A DNA stretch of 52,454 nt, from the IMG/VR virus record IMGVR_UViG_3300033067_001680, positions 1-52,454 of that record, one strand, 5' to 3'. Source of the stretch: a virus. Taxonomy: Duplodnaviria; Caudoviricetes. Shown piece by piece: positions 17,017-27,599 of this stretch. The notes under the pieces are model-generated. The model worked only from the letters and a program-made list of their open reading frames with translations, was not told the DNA's origin and made no database searches. How positions within the stretch are numbered: position 1 is the first letter of the stretch; every line of letters starts with the position of its first letter. The position numbers were made by a program, and so were the translations under genes.

Positions 17017-18948
17017 ATGGCGGGCATCCAGCACGTAGTCGAAACCATCTTCAGGACGGTGGACCGTGCGAGCGCCCCCATGCAGGGCATCGCCCAGGCG
17101 AGTGCGTCCGCTCGCGCGTCGCTCTCAGGGCTCATGGGCCCCATCGCGGGGGTGGCCGGGGCCATCGGCTCGCTCGGGGCGCTCCACGGGCTCGCGGAGC
17201 TGCACTCGCAGGCGGAGGACACCCGCGGCGTGCTCGCGGGCATGTTCCAGACGTTCGGGCAGGCGAGCTCCTTCAACCAGGGGCTCGACCTTGCGCGTTC
17301 CACCATGGAGGACATCAACGCCGCAGCGGCGGCCCTCCCGGGTGAAGCGCAGGACTACGTGAACACGTTTCAGGCGGGGTTCGCGAACTTCACCGCCGGT
17401 TTTGACGGCAACATCCAGCGCGCGACGGAGTTCTCCAACCGCATCACCGCGGTCGCCTCGTCGCTCAACGTGCGCGCAGAAGAGATCGCGTCGGGTGTCG
17501 CCCGACTCACCCAGGCGGGCCGAGGCGGCGCGGGGCAGGAGGTGGCCGTCTGGCAACGCCTCATGCCCTACATCACCGCCTACCGGCAGTCGCAGCACCA
17601 GGGGGCGCTCACCGCGCAGACGTTCAACGCGCTGACACAGCAGCAGCGCATCGAGCTGCTTCGGAACGTCACCACGATGGACTCGATGGCGGGCATCATC
17701 ACGAACGCGGGGCGGAGCTGGGGCGCCCTCACGGGCGGGCTCATCTCCGCAACAAAGATGATCGCGATGCAGGCGTCCGCCCCGCTGTTCGACGGGGCGA
17801 AGGAGGCGCTCCAGGCCATCAACAGGCTCCTGATGACAGAGGACGGCCACCTCTCCGCGACGGGCCGCACCATCGTGAAGGTGGGCGAGTACCTGTCCGA
17901 GTTCGTGGTGGAGCAGCTCCGCGAGGGCGTGGATTACGCCTCTTATCTCGGGGAGCGTATCCAAGCAGTCGGCGGGCGTATCGCTACGTCACAGTGGTTC
18001 CGTCAGGTGGCAGGCATCGGGGAGCACCTCGGGGGGATCGCATCCCGGCTGGGGCAGGACGCGAACGTCCAGCGCGCCGCCGTCGGAGCAGGCGCCCGGG
18101 TGGCGCTCGGGCCCATCGGCGCCCTTGTCGGCCCGTTCATGTCCATGGCGCGTGACGGGGACGCACTGGACCGCGTGATGCGCGGCCTAAACGAAGTGTT
18201 TTACCAGCTAACCCCGCTCCTGGAGCCCTTGCTCCGTATCACCAGCGGCATCAACGACGTGATGGGGTCCATGCTCGCGGGTGTCCTGCCCGGCTTGTTC
18301 GACGGGCTCTCGTTCATCCTGGGCCCCATCGTCTCGCTCGCGACGGGGCTGATGTCCCTGGTGGAGATTGCGGGAGCCCAGCTCGCCCCCATGTTCGGCG
18401 CCGTCGTGCGCTCGCTGGGCGGGCTCGCGTCAGCGTTCGGCGAGTTCATGCTCCCCATCCTCGCGGTGCTTGGGGAGGCCATCCTCGCCATCGCGCGGCG
18501 CGCGATGGTCTACGTGGTGCCCGCACTGAACATGCTCATGGAGGCCATCCGGTACGTGGTGGAGTTCGTCACGGACACCCTGCGCCGGTTCGGTCGCAGC
18601 ATGGCGGGCACTGCGCAGAGCCGCTGGGGCGTGGACGTGTCGCAGTCCGCGGTACCGGAGCAGCAAACGAACTTCATGGAGCGCATCCAGCGGTTGCTCG
18701 CCCAGGGCAACGAGCAACAGGCCCGTGCGCAGCAAGCGAACGTCAGCGCGTCCCGTAGCCAGAGCGCGGGCACCCGCGGGCGCCACGGCACGTACAACGA
18801 CTTTCGCAACAGCCGCTTCGACATCCTCCAGAAGTTCGCGGAGGGCTACGACCCCGACCGCATCGCCATCGCATTCACGGAGGACTTGGCGCGCGCGGCT
18901 GAAGTGCGGTTGCAGAGCGGGCTGTCGCCCGTGTTCGGTAGTCGCTGA
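17017..18948 (+). CDS. Tail tape measure protein
   Basis: 643-aa Ala/Gly-rich helical protein starting with ...FRTVDRASAPM, with a hydrophobic 11-residue-periodic region; follows the chaperone. Confidence 0.85.
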   Translation: MAGIQHVVETIFRTVDRASAPMQGIAQASASARASLSGLMGPIAGVAGAIGSLGALHGLAELHSQAEDTRGVLAGMFQTFGQASSFNQGLDLARSTMEDINAAAAALPGEAQDYVNTFQAGFANFTAGFDGNIQRATEFSNRITAVASSLNVRAEEIASGVARLTQAGRGGAGQEVAVWQRLMPYITAYRQSQHQGALTAQTFNALTQQQRIELLRNVTTMDSMAGIITNAGRSWGALTGGLISATKMIAMQASAPLFDGAKEALQAINRLLMTEDGHLSATGRTIVKVGEYLSEFVVEQLREGVDYASYLGERIQAVGGRIATSQWFRQVAGIGEHLGGIASRLGQDANVQRAAVGAGARVALGPIGALVGPFMSMARDGDALDRVMRGLNEVFYQLTPLLEPLLRITSGINDVMGSMLAGVLPGLFDGLSFILGPIVSLATGLMSLVEIAGAQLAPMFGAVVRSLGGLASAFGEFMLPILAVLGEAILAIARRAMVYVVPALNMLMEAIRYVVEFVTDTLRRFGRSMAGTAQSRWGVDVSQSAVPEQQTNFMERIQRLLAQGNEQQARAQQANVSASRSQSAGTRGRHGTYNDFRNSRFDILQKFAEGYDPDRIAIAFTEDLARAAEVRLQSGLSPVFGSR

Positions 18949-20087
18949 TGCCCCCCATCGAGGTTCCGAGCTTCACCATCACGGCCCTCTCCGGGCCCCC
19001 GACCGTGTTTCGGTTCGTCGGGCGCGCGCTCCCCTTCCGTCCGTTCAAGCTGACGGGGACGCAGCGCGTGGTGACGGATTGGCTGCCCGGTTCCCCTGAG
19101 GCGACGCAGACCGTGTTGGGCCCCGCGGAAGAGCCCACGACCATCAACGGGAAGTGGAGCGACAAGTACCTCCAGACCTTCGTGGGCACCTCGCGCGGGG
19201 CCGTTGTCGGCGGCGTGGACATCTCCGGCGGGAAAGACCCACCCGCGACGCTCAACGGCGAGCCTGTGGAGTCCGTGCGCGCGCTCGCGAAGGCCATCGA
19301 CACGCTCCGCCGCCAGGGTCAGCGCGTGGAGGTGCAGTGGGACCAACAGACCCGCCGCGGGGTGGTCAGCCGGTTCGACCAGCAATGGCTCACAGTCCAT
19401 GACTTGGAGTGGTCCCTGGACTTCGACTGGGACTCTCAGGCGGACGGCGAGGGCACGCCGCTGTTCTCGCTCGACACGTCCCCTGGGGACGCCGCCGCCG
19501 CACTGGTCACCGCCCAGGACAAGCTGGTGGACGGCGCCGTGCCCGCGTTCCCGACGGAGGGGACGTTCCTGTCTGAGCTCCAGGACGGCATCGCGGCGCT
19601 GGAGTACAGCGTCAACCAAGCGACGGGCGCGCTCTCGGGGCTCGCCCAGCGCGCGAGCGGCCCGGCCGACACCGCGCGGCGCCTGCTCTCCGTGTTCACC
19701 GGCGTGGTGGTGCAGGCCCAGGCGGTCATGGATCGCGCGACCGCGGCGCCCCCGGCGGTGTTCGCGTACCGCCCGCCGACCCAGGCGGCGCTCTCCTTCG
19801 GGCGCCAGCTCGCCGCGGGTGTGTACCTGACGCGGCTGCGCGGGCGCGCGCGGGGGCTCCAGCGGGAGGCGGTCATCCGGCGACAGGTGATGGCGGCGCA
19901 GCTCCAGGACCAACTGCTCGGGGTCTACAGCGCGCGTGGCGGGGAGGACTTGCGCGACGTGTCCCGCCGCTACTACGGGACGAGCGCCCACTGGCGTGAC
20001 CTGCTCCTGTTCAACCACCTGCGCTCCAGCGAGCTGGTCCCGGGCCAGACGGTGCAGGTTCCGACCCTCCAGACGGGGGACGTGTAG
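18948..20087 (+). CDS. Tail tube initiator / baseplate protein with C-terminal LysM-like domain
   Basis: C-terminal GEDLRDVSRRYYGTSAHWRDLLLFNHL...LVPGQTVQVP is LysM-like; follows the tape measure. Confidence 0.7.
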   Translation: MPPIEVPSFTITALSGPPTVFRFVGRALPFRPFKLTGTQRVVTDWLPGSPEATQTVLGPAEEPTTINGKWSDKYLQTFVGTSRGAVVGGVDISGGKDPPATLNGEPVESVRALAKAIDTLRRQGQRVEVQWDQQTRRGVVSRFDQQWLTVHDLEWSLDFDWDSQADGEGTPLFSLDTSPGDAAAALVTAQDKLVDGAVPAFPTEGTFLSELQDGIAALEYSVNQATGALSGLAQRASGPADTARRLLSVFTGVVVQAQAVMDRATAAPPAVFAYRPPTQAALSFGRQLAAGVYLTRLRGRARGLQREAVIRRQVMAAQLQDQLLGVYSARGGEDLRDVSRRYYGTSAHWRDLLLFNHLRSSELVPGQTVQVPTLQTGDV

Positions 20088-20089
20088 CC

Positions 20090-22024
20090 GTGGGCGTGTT
20101 CTACCCGTCGTGTTCCGTGCTGGTGAAACTCCGGTTTGACGAGCTCCTGACCGTCTCTCTGGAAGGTCCACCCGACCCGCAGAGCGTGGCCGCCCGCGTC
20201 GGCGCCGGGCAGGGCCGCACCGCGGTGGACCGCGCGCTGGACGAGCCCCGGCTGGCGCGTCTGCGCCGTCAGGGAATCCTGCCCGCGTCTGTGGACGAGG
20301 CGCTGGCCATGGCAGCGAGCGGGCGCCACGTCGAGCCCCTGGTAGTGAACGGCGGGGACCGCAACGTCACCTACTCCCACGCCTTCGTGCCCATCGCGTG
20401 TGCAGTGGAGGACACGGGGTATCGCGCCGCGTCCACCTTCCGCATCACCGTCCCCTGGCGCGACCTACCCATCGACCCGCGCACGGTGCGCGGCGCGAGC
20501 GTGGAGGTTCACATGGGGACGGTCACCCCCGAGGCGTTCGGCGCCGGGGTGACACGGTGGTCCCAGGGCTCGCGCCGCTCCGTGCTCCAGGTGCGCGACA
20601 GCGCGGGCGTGCCGAACCGCGCGACGCTCCAGCTCATCGGGACCGTGGACGAGTGGACGGTGACGCACGGCGACAGGTCCACCGTGGAGATGCACGGGCG
20701 CGACCTTCGCGGTGTGCTCATCGACACGAAGCTGGGTGCGGACCCCATCCAAGCGCGCGGGGTGCTGGAGTCGCTCGACACTGGCCTACCCCTGGATCGC
20801 ATGATCGCCCAGCTTCTCTCGTTTCACCCGTTCTTCGAGCAGTTCGCCGTCAACGTGAACGCGGTGGACTGGCCCAACGGCGTGGTGCCCTCCGTGCTCG
20901 CGAATGAGCTTCTCCCGCGTCATCGGAAGAACGCGCGCGGCAACAGCCGCGGCGGGCGCCCCAACGTGCCGGGCAACCCCCAGGAGACGACCTTCTGGGA
21001 CGTGATCGTGCGCTACTGCTTTCTGGCGGGGGCCATCCCGTTCTTCGAGGGGACGAGCCTGACCATCCGGCCCAGTCGGACGCTGTTCGACCAGGAGCGC
21101 GCGGGCATCACCTCGGACACGCGCACGCCCTTCCTTCCCGACCGCCCCCGCTCCGTCGGGGGCGAGGAAGGGCAGCCGGGCCAGCCGTTCTCCATCCGGC
21201 GCCTCGTCTACGGGCGCGACATCAAAGAGGTGAAGTTCGGGCGGAAGTTCGGCGGCCACGAGAAGCCGAAGGTGATCCGCGTCGTCTCGTTCGACGCGAC
21301 GGACTCCGCAGGTACGGACGGGCGGACGTACCGCACGGAGGCGCGCTGGCCCCCGGAGCGCCCCGCGGCACCGACCGCGCAGGCCCAGGCGAGCGCGACC
21401 CGCACCACCCGCGGCGCGCGAACCAACCGCGTGGCGCCGTCGAACCGACAGGCTCAGGAGGAAATCATCAACATCCCGGTCCCGGGCATTCGGGATCAGG
21501 CCCGGTGCCTGGAAATCGCGCGTGGGCTCTACGAGGAAATTGGCCGGTGGGAGATGGACGGCTCCTGCGACACGCCGAAGCTCGCGTCCTTCGGGGGCGA
21601 CAACCGCGACCCGGACCTGATTCGCCTGCGCGTGGGTGACGCCGTGGAGTTCCTGACGGACACGCGCGCGCTCACTGCGGCGGCGCCCCTGGTGAGCGCG
21701 TACACGGACTCGCAACGCCAGCCGTTCGCCCAGGCAGTGCAGGCCATCGACGCGCGCGTCCACGACACGAACATGGCCCGGGTGATCGTGGCCACCTCAC
21801 GGGGCATGATCCTGGAACTCCAGCGCTCGTTCCGCGTCGCCAGCGTGCGGAAGGACTGGGACAGTGAGCGCGGGCTGGCCATGAGCTTCGACTTCCAGAA
21901 CTACTACGTGCCGCGCTACGGGTACGCGAACCGCGTGGGTCAACCTGTGGGCGCGACCGTCTACACGCGCGAGACGCCTACCAAGGCCCCCGACGCGGTG
22001 GGCATCCCAGGGCCCGGCCGATGA
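20090..22024 (+). CDS. Baseplate hub protein (P2 gpD / T4 gp27-like)
   Basis: GTVDEW...VEMHGRDLRGVLID pattern; position before the spike gene. Confidence 0.65.
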   Translation: MGVFYPSCSVLVKLRFDELLTVSLEGPPDPQSVAARVGAGQGRTAVDRALDEPRLARLRRQGILPASVDEALAMAASGRHVEPLVVNGGDRNVTYSHAFVPIACAVEDTGYRAASTFRITVPWRDLPIDPRTVRGASVEVHMGTVTPEAFGAGVTRWSQGSRRSVLQVRDSAGVPNRATLQLIGTVDEWTVTHGDRSTVEMHGRDLRGVLIDTKLGADPIQARGVLESLDTGLPLDRMIAQLLSFHPFFEQFAVNVNAVDWPNGVVPSVLANELLPRHRKNARGNSRGGRPNVPGNPQETTFWDVIVRYCFLAGAIPFFEGTSLTIRPSRTLFDQERAGITSDTRTPFLPDRPRSVGGEEGQPGQPFSIRRLVYGRDIKEVKFGRKFGGHEKPKVIRVVSFDATDSAGTDGRTYRTEARWPPERPAAPTAQAQASATRTTRGARTNRVAPSNRQAQEEIINIPVPGIRDQARCLEIARGLYEEIGRWEMDGSCDTPKLASFGGDNRDPDLIRLRVGDAVEFLTDTRALTAAAPLVSAYTDSQRQPFAQAVQAIDARVHDTNMARVIVATSRGMILELQRSFRVASVRKDWDSERGLAMSFDFQNYYVPRYGYANRVGQPVGATVYTRETPTKAPDAVGIPGPGR

Positions 22025-22779
22025 CCAGGATGCGCAGCCTCGACACCGCGAAGCTCTCCGCCGCCGTCTCGCGCCCGGGCATCGACCCGCGCGAGTGGGT
22101 GAAGCTGGGGCGCGTGGACGATGTGGCGTTCGACCCGGCCTATGGCTGGTTCGCGGACGTGACATGGCAGCCCTCGGGAGCGCAGGAGACGTGCATGGTC
22201 GGGCTGGCCTACGCCACGTCCGACGGCGGCGCCTCGTTCTGCCCTATCCCCGTGGGCTCCACCGTCGTGGCGGTGATCCCGGACGGCGACCCCAACAGCG
22301 GTCCCGTCATCGTTGCGGTGTTGCCCACGAAGCAGAACCCCCCGCCCGCCACAGGCGGTACGGGCCCGGTCAGCGGCGACGGCACGCAAGACCCCACGGA
22401 GGACGTGTTCCTGTACGTGCGCCCGGGGCGCAACGTGCGGGTGCGCGTCGCAGGGGAGGGCGGTGTGCTCATCGAATCCACAGGCTCGGGCGATGTGCGG
22501 CTCCAGGCGACCGGCTCCGGGAAGGTGAAGCTGGGCGACACGAACCTCCAGCCCGCGGTGCTGGGCCAGACGCTCCAGGACTGGGCGCAGACGGTGGAGA
22601 ACCGTCTGACCACCCAGGGCTCCGTCGGAACCACCCTGCTCGCGGCGTACAACGCGCACACCCACGTCTCCGCCGCGCCCGCGAGCCCGACCAGCACGAC
22701 GAGCGTGCCCGCGACGCCCAGCCCCCCGTCGCCCCCCATCGCGCCCGACATGCGCGCGACTGACACCGAGGTGAAGTGA
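22021..22779 (+). CDS. Baseplate central spike (P2 gpV-like)
   Basis: N-terminal OB-fold pattern (PVGSTVVAVIPDGDPNSG), beta-helix repeats and C-terminal HxH motif (YNAHTHV). Confidence 0.8.
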   Translation: MTRMRSLDTAKLSAAVSRPGIDPREWVKLGRVDDVAFDPAYGWFADVTWQPSGAQETCMVGLAYATSDGGASFCPIPVGSTVVAVIPDGDPNSGPVIVAVLPTKQNPPPATGGTGPVSGDGTQDPTEDVFLYVRPGRNVRVRVAGEGGVLIESTGSGDVRLQATGSGKVKLGDTNLQPAVLGQTLQDWAQTVENRLTTQGSVGTTLLAAYNAHTHVSAAPASPTSTTSVPATPSPPSPPIAPDMRATDTEVK

Positions 22780-23579
22780 TGCCCACGAACGGCCAGGGCT
22801 ACGGGCGGGACTTCTGGGGCGTGGGCCCCTGGGGCGTCGCCGCGCCCACGGGGACGTTCTCCGTGGAGGACGTGTTCGCCAACAGCGAGCGCACCGTCCG
22901 GGTGACCTTCACGGACCCCGCGCTGGCGGTGGGTGTGCTCGGGGACGGCGACGCGCTGAACCCCGCGAGCTGGGCTGTCACTGTCGGCGGCGCGCCGCTC
23001 ACCCTCTACACGGTGCGCGACGTGGCCGGGGACGGGCGGCAATTCGAGCTCTACAGCTACGAGAAGTTTCCCGGGTACCCCGCGCAGCTCGTGGTGGACG
23101 CGAGCGCCGTCCTGTCCGCCTCGGGCGGTGGCCTCGTGGGTCCGGGAACGGCCACCATCGACGGCGCCGCGCAGGCGCGCCCCCAGCCGAAGGAGGGCCC
23201 CGCGGACCTGCGCAACGCGCAGACCGCGCCCGGGGAGCTCTCGGGCGTGCTCGTTACGGGGAGCGGCGGAGGCTACGAGACGGAGCGCGGCGTCCCCCTG
23301 CTCCGCAAGCTCATCATCCGGCGCCTCACCACCCTACCCGGCGAGTTCTTTCACCTGCCCGGCTACGGCACGGGGCTGGATGCCAAGCTCGCGGTGCGCG
23401 ACCCCGGCACCTTGCGCGCGCGGATCGAGCGGCAGGTGATGATGGAGCCCGACGTTCAGGGCGTGCGGGCCGCCGTCACCGTCCAAGCGGACGGCATCGT
23501 GCGCGTCCACCTGACTGTGGTGCGCCGCGCCGACGGTGAGGCGTTCTCGTTCGGCACGGACCTGCGGGTTGCACAGTAG
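22779..23579 (+). CDS. Baseplate wedge protein (gp25/gpW-like C-terminal domain with N-terminal Ig-like extension)
   Basis: C-terminal IIRRLTTLPGEFFHLPGYG...EPDV motif of gp25-like proteins. Confidence 0.7.
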   Translation: MPTNGQGYGRDFWGVGPWGVAAPTGTFSVEDVFANSERTVRVTFTDPALAVGVLGDGDALNPASWAVTVGGAPLTLYTVRDVAGDGRQFELYSYEKFPGYPAQLVVDASAVLSASGGGLVGPGTATIDGAAQARPQPKEGPADLRNAQTAPGELSGVLVTGSGGGYETERGVPLLRKLIIRRLTTLPGEFFHLPGYGTGLDAKLAVRDPGTLRARIERQVMMEPDVQGVRAAVTVQADGIVRVHLTVVRRADGEAFSFGTDLRVAQ

Positions 23580-23587
23580 GAGACGGC

Positions 23588-24787
23588 GTGGACTTTCCAA
23601 CGTGGGATGACCTGTTCCGAATCGCGCGCGACGAGGCCCTGGCCCGCAACGCGAAGCTGACCCGTGCCGTGATCGAGCGCGCGGGCACGGACACGAACGT
23701 CATGGTGGCCACGGGCGCCGCGACCGGCGAGGAAGTGGTGGGCCAGCTCGCGGAGGTGGAGGCCAGCCTGTTCCTGGACTCCGCGGAGGGGCGCAAGCTG
23801 GACCGGCTGGTGTTCGATCGCTACTCGCTCACCCGCAAGCCCGCATCGCAAGCGCTGACCAGTGTGCAGTTCCGCACGACGAACCCCGCGCCGGGCGCGT
23901 TCGCCATCCCGCGGGGGACGAAGCTCTCCACCCCCGACGGGCGCGAGTTCCTGACCTGGGTGGCCGCGAACTACCCCATGGGCGGCACGGGGCCCGTGAC
24001 CGTGGAGGTGCGCTCCGTGCTCTCGGGCGCGGACCAACAGGTGCGCACCGGGGCCATCACGTCCCTGGTCACGCCCCTGACAGGCCAGCCCACGGACCTG
24101 ACTGTGAGCAACCCCGTGGCGTCCACCGGCGCCGACGACGAGGAAAGCGACGAGGCTCTCCGCGACCGCGCGCGCCGGTTTTTCACCACCGCGCGGCGCG
24201 GCACGCTCGGAGCCGTCGAAGCTGGGGCCCTCGTGGTGCCCGGCGTGCGCACCGCCGAAGCCTTCGAGTCTGTGGACACGCTCGGGCGGCCCGCGCGCGG
24301 CGTGGAGCTGGTCATCTCGGACGCCTTCACGGAGGCCCTCGTGGACTCCAACCCGACCAGCTACCAGACACAGAGCCAGACGCTCGCCCAGGTGGTGCTG
24401 GCCGCACTGGACGACGTGCGCGCCGCAGGCATCTACGTCCAGGTGACGGTGGGCATCGTGCGGCTCCAGGGCATCACCCTGGGCCTGCGCTTCGACGCGG
24501 GCGCAGACGTGGACCTCGCGGCGCTCAACGCTCGCGGCGCCGTCGTAGCCTACGTGAACGGGCTCCCACCCGGGGCCCCGCTGCTCGTGGCGAGCATCAT
24601 CGACCAGCTCCGGCCCATCCCCGGGCTGGTGGTCACGGGTGCCGAGGTGCTCTCCCCGGCGGGCGACGTGATCGCGTCTCCGCTGGAGGTGATCCGCACG
24701 GCCCTCGCTCTCGTGGTGGCCAGCTCGCTCCAGCCCGACCGCGCGCTCCAGGGCTCGACCAACCCCGACGCGCCGAACTACCCCTGA
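23588..24787 (+). CDS. Baseplate J-like protein
   Basis: LDSAEGRKLDR, IPRGT, VSNPVASTGADDEESDEALRDRA and RRGT motifs. Confidence 0.85.
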   Translation: MDFPTWDDLFRIARDEALARNAKLTRAVIERAGTDTNVMVATGAATGEEVVGQLAEVEASLFLDSAEGRKLDRLVFDRYSLTRKPASQALTSVQFRTTNPAPGAFAIPRGTKLSTPDGREFLTWVAANYPMGGTGPVTVEVRSVLSGADQQVRTGAITSLVTPLTGQPTDLTVSNPVASTGADDEESDEALRDRARRFFTTARRGTLGAVEAGALVVPGVRTAEAFESVDTLGRPARGVELVISDAFTEALVDSNPTSYQTQSQTLAQVVLAALDDVRAAGIYVQVTVGIVRLQGITLGLRFDAGADVDLAALNARGAVVAYVNGLPPGAPLLVASIIDQLRPIPGLVVTGAEVLSPAGDVIASPLEVIRTALALVVASSLQPDRALQGSTNPDAPNYP

Positions 24788-24790
24788 CGC

Positions 24791-26419
24791 ATGGCACCTC
24801 CCATCATCTCGGGCGCGAGCCCCACACCGCCGGGCCCCATCGCTACCACGGAGCCCGTCTACGTGGAGGTGTACGAAAACGGGACGCCGTTTGAGCGCGT
24901 CCTAGTGCTGGTGCGCTTCCCGGGCGCGGCGATCACGGAGCTGGCCTACGACTCGGCGCTGGGTTTCACGCCCGCGTACGCGGGCTCGTCCCTGGTCACC
25001 CTCGCGGGCGGCATCGGGCTGCTCCTAATCCGTGGGACGCAGTGGCCCGACGGCCCGAACCTGCGCGTCTACGCCTTCGGGGACACGGGCGAGAGCACGG
25101 TGGACACCTCCCTCGCGTGGGCCCTGGCCGACGCGCCCGCACCGCCGACCCCGGGGCCCATGCCCGTGTTCCCCACGGGGAGCGCCCCCAACGGAGCGAG
25201 CGACGCGGTGCTCCACGACCTGGGCTACTTCCTCGCCCTGTATGACCGGCTGCTCCCGCGGGACTACATCGGGCCCCTCCAGCTCAACGCAGACGCGGGT
25301 TCCGGCTACGAGCTCCTGGCCGGGTTCGCGGCACTGGGCGCGCGCCTGTCCCTCGCAGTGAATCGCGTGGAAAACGGGTCGTTGACCCTGTACGCCGCGG
25401 GCGGCGCGCGGGCCACGGGCCTCGTGGAGTTCTACCGGCCGACGGACGCCGCGGGGGAGGGCACGGTGCTGGCGGGCACCGTGGTCACCACGTCGAAGGG
25501 GGACCGGCGCTTCACTACGACGCAGGACGCGGTGTTCGGGCCCACGGACCTGGGCCCCGTGGCGGTGCCCGTGCTCTCCATTGCAGAGGGTTGGGAGTAC
25601 AACGTCCCAGGGCAGGGCATCTCGAAGGGCGGCGAGGTGCTCCCGGGCGACATCGACACCGTGCTGATCGCGCGGCAGTCCACCCCCACGGAGTCGCCTG
25701 CGTTCTGGGACGCCAGCGTGAAGGTGCGGAACATCGTCGCGACCACTGGCGGGCGCCCGCCGATGCTGGACGGGCTCGGCGCTGACCGCGGAGTGGTGCG
25801 CCAGCCGGGCGAGTCGGACACGGACTACCGTTACCGGGTCCGCACGCTCCCCGACACCGTGAGCCCAGCGGCCATCCGGCGCTTCCTGACCACGCTGTTC
25901 GCGCGCTACGGGCTGACCTTCGACCTCGTGGAGACGTGGGAAAAGGACTACCAGACGTGCTGGGACTACCCCTCCAGCAACGCAGGGACACCCACGTACT
26001 ACGGCGGCCCACTCCCCGCGTGGCTCGCGCCATGGGAGGAAGTGTTCGTCTACGACTGGCCCGACCCTGCGGACCCGGGGAGCGTGCCTATCAGCAACCG
26101 TTGGCTGGACAGCGTGGAGATGCGCGCCGCGTTCATCGTGGGTGTTCCGTTGCTCGCCGCGCTGGAGGACGTGGGCATGGCCTACGACGACACCGCGGTC
26201 ACGCCCGCTGACCGGACCACGGTACAGGGGTCCGTCACGGGGCGGCGTGCGGTGAGCGCGTACGACGTGCCTGCAACGCTGGACTCCGCGTTCGGCCCAC
26301 AAGGCGGGTACGATGGGTTCGACCTGCCCAGGCAGGCGTTCTACCGAGCGCTGTACCTGGGTCTGCAAGCCATCAAGGCCGCGGGCGTGACCGCCGCGGT
26401 GGAACTGCGCGGAGCCTGA
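24791..26419 (+). CDS. Second baseplate J/I-like wedge protein
   Basis: ARATGLVEF...GTVLAGTVVTT...FTTTQD and LDGLGADRGVVRQPGESDTDYRYR motifs. Confidence 0.65.
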   Translation: MAPPIISGASPTPPGPIATTEPVYVEVYENGTPFERVLVLVRFPGAAITELAYDSALGFTPAYAGSSLVTLAGGIGLLLIRGTQWPDGPNLRVYAFGDTGESTVDTSLAWALADAPAPPTPGPMPVFPTGSAPNGASDAVLHDLGYFLALYDRLLPRDYIGPLQLNADAGSGYELLAGFAALGARLSLAVNRVENGSLTLYAAGGARATGLVEFYRPTDAAGEGTVLAGTVVTTSKGDRRFTTTQDAVFGPTDLGPVAVPVLSIAEGWEYNVPGQGISKGGEVLPGDIDTVLIARQSTPTESPAFWDASVKVRNIVATTGGRPPMLDGLGADRGVVRQPGESDTDYRYRVRTLPDTVSPAAIRRFLTTLFARYGLTFDLVETWEKDYQTCWDYPSSNAGTPTYYGGPLPAWLAPWEEVFVYDWPDPADPGSVPISNRWLDSVEMRAAFIVGVPLLAALEDVGMAYDDTAVTPADRTTVQGSVTGRRAVSAYDVPATLDSAFGPQGGYDGFDLPRQAFYRALYLGLQAIKAAGVTAAVELRGA

Positions 26420-26420
26420 C

Positions 26421-27557
26421 GTGAGCAACAGCCAGTACGACAGCGTTATCATCAACCCGAGGGAGCGGCCCCTCTCGGACGATCCGAACCTCCAGGGGTC
26501 GCAGGAGTCGCGCACGCTGCGCTGGATTCAGCGGCTCCTGTTCTCCGGCCGCACGAATGGCAGCACCCCGTTCGCCAACGACGGGAGCACCCCCAAGGTC
26601 GGCTTCATCGGGGACGGCTTCAAGGTGGGCCCCAGCTCGCCCGCGGCCATGAGCGTTCAGGTGCGGCCGGGGCTCGGGTACCTCGACACCGTGAGCGACT
26701 ACGCCACGGACATCGGGGGCGCGCTCGGGCTGAACGACTCGGAGCGATACAAGCCCGTCCCCCTGGAGGCGGCCCAAACACTCGCGGTGCCCGCGGCGGA
26801 CCCGAGCAACCCGCGCATCGACATCGTGGAGGTGAAGTACGACCGGCGCGTGGAGAACCCACTGAGCCGCGACGTGCTGGACACCGGCACGGGCCAGTTT
26901 GTGGCCACCGTGGTCCAGAAGACGCTCGCGTGGCTGCTCGACGGGCGCACATCCGTCAACGGCTCGGGCGGCACGCTGAAGCCCATCAACTACAAGACGG
27001 GCACCCCCGCGGGCAGCCCGGCTGCCCCGGCAGTCACCGCGGGCTACGTGAAGGTGGCCGAGGTGCTGGTGGCCGCCGCCGCCACGACCATCAACCAGAA
27101 CAACGTGCGCGACACGCGCGGGTTGCTCGCGCCGAACGGCCAGCTCCGCGCTGCGTTCCGGGTCACCATCCGGGGCACCGTGTCCGGCATCGGCGCGCCG
27201 ACCATCCAGGCTGCGAACCTCCCGCCCGGGTGTTCGCTCGCGGTCTGGCAAGTGCTCTCGGGGGGTAACTACAACGTGGCCGTGATCGCGGGCGGCGTAC
27301 CCGCCCAGCCCGCGGCGTTGCTCATGCCGGAGGGCCCGAACCCGGGCAGCTCGCAAGTGAACTTCGCCAACGTCCCGGCGGTCGGGACGCTCTCCAGCGG
27401 CGATCTGTCCGCCATCGCGGCCAACGGCGTGGTGGTCGGGCCTGCGCTCACGGAGGGTCAAGCCGCCATCAAGTTCGCCGGGACCATGTACTCGTCGGGC
27501 ACCACCCCCATCAGCGCGGACATCGTGCTGGCGGGTATCGTGGAGTGGCAGACGTAG
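26421..27557 (+). CDS. Tail fibre-proximal / baseplate-associated protein
   Basis: PAAMSVQVRPG, AADPSNPRIDIV and VKVAEVLVAAAATTI...VRDTR, a common phage minor-tail domain. Confidence 0.65.
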   Translation: MSNSQYDSVIINPRERPLSDDPNLQGSQESRTLRWIQRLLFSGRTNGSTPFANDGSTPKVGFIGDGFKVGPSSPAAMSVQVRPGLGYLDTVSDYATDIGGALGLNDSERYKPVPLEAAQTLAVPAADPSNPRIDIVEVKYDRRVENPLSRDVLDTGTGQFVATVVQKTLAWLLDGRTSVNGSGGTLKPINYKTGTPAGSPAAPAVTAGYVKVAEVLVAAAATTINQNNVRDTRGLLAPNGQLRAAFRVTIRGTVSGIGAPTIQAANLPPGCSLAVWQVLSGGNYNVAVIAGGVPAQPAALLMPEGPNPGSSQVNFANVPAVGTLSSGDLSAIAANGVVVGPALTEGQAAIKFAGTMYSSGTTPISADIVLAGIVEWQT

Positions 27558-27568
27558 CAAGGCGTGTA

Positions 27569-27599
27569 GGACATGGTGGGATAGACTCCCACCATGTCC
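27569..27599 (+). promoter_or_regulatory. 13-bp perfect inverted repeat enclosing a -10-like box and the fibre start codon
   Basis: GGACATGGTGGGA (27569-27581) / TCCCACCATGTCC (27587-27599); TAGACT at 27582-27587; ATG at 27594. Confidence 0.5.
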
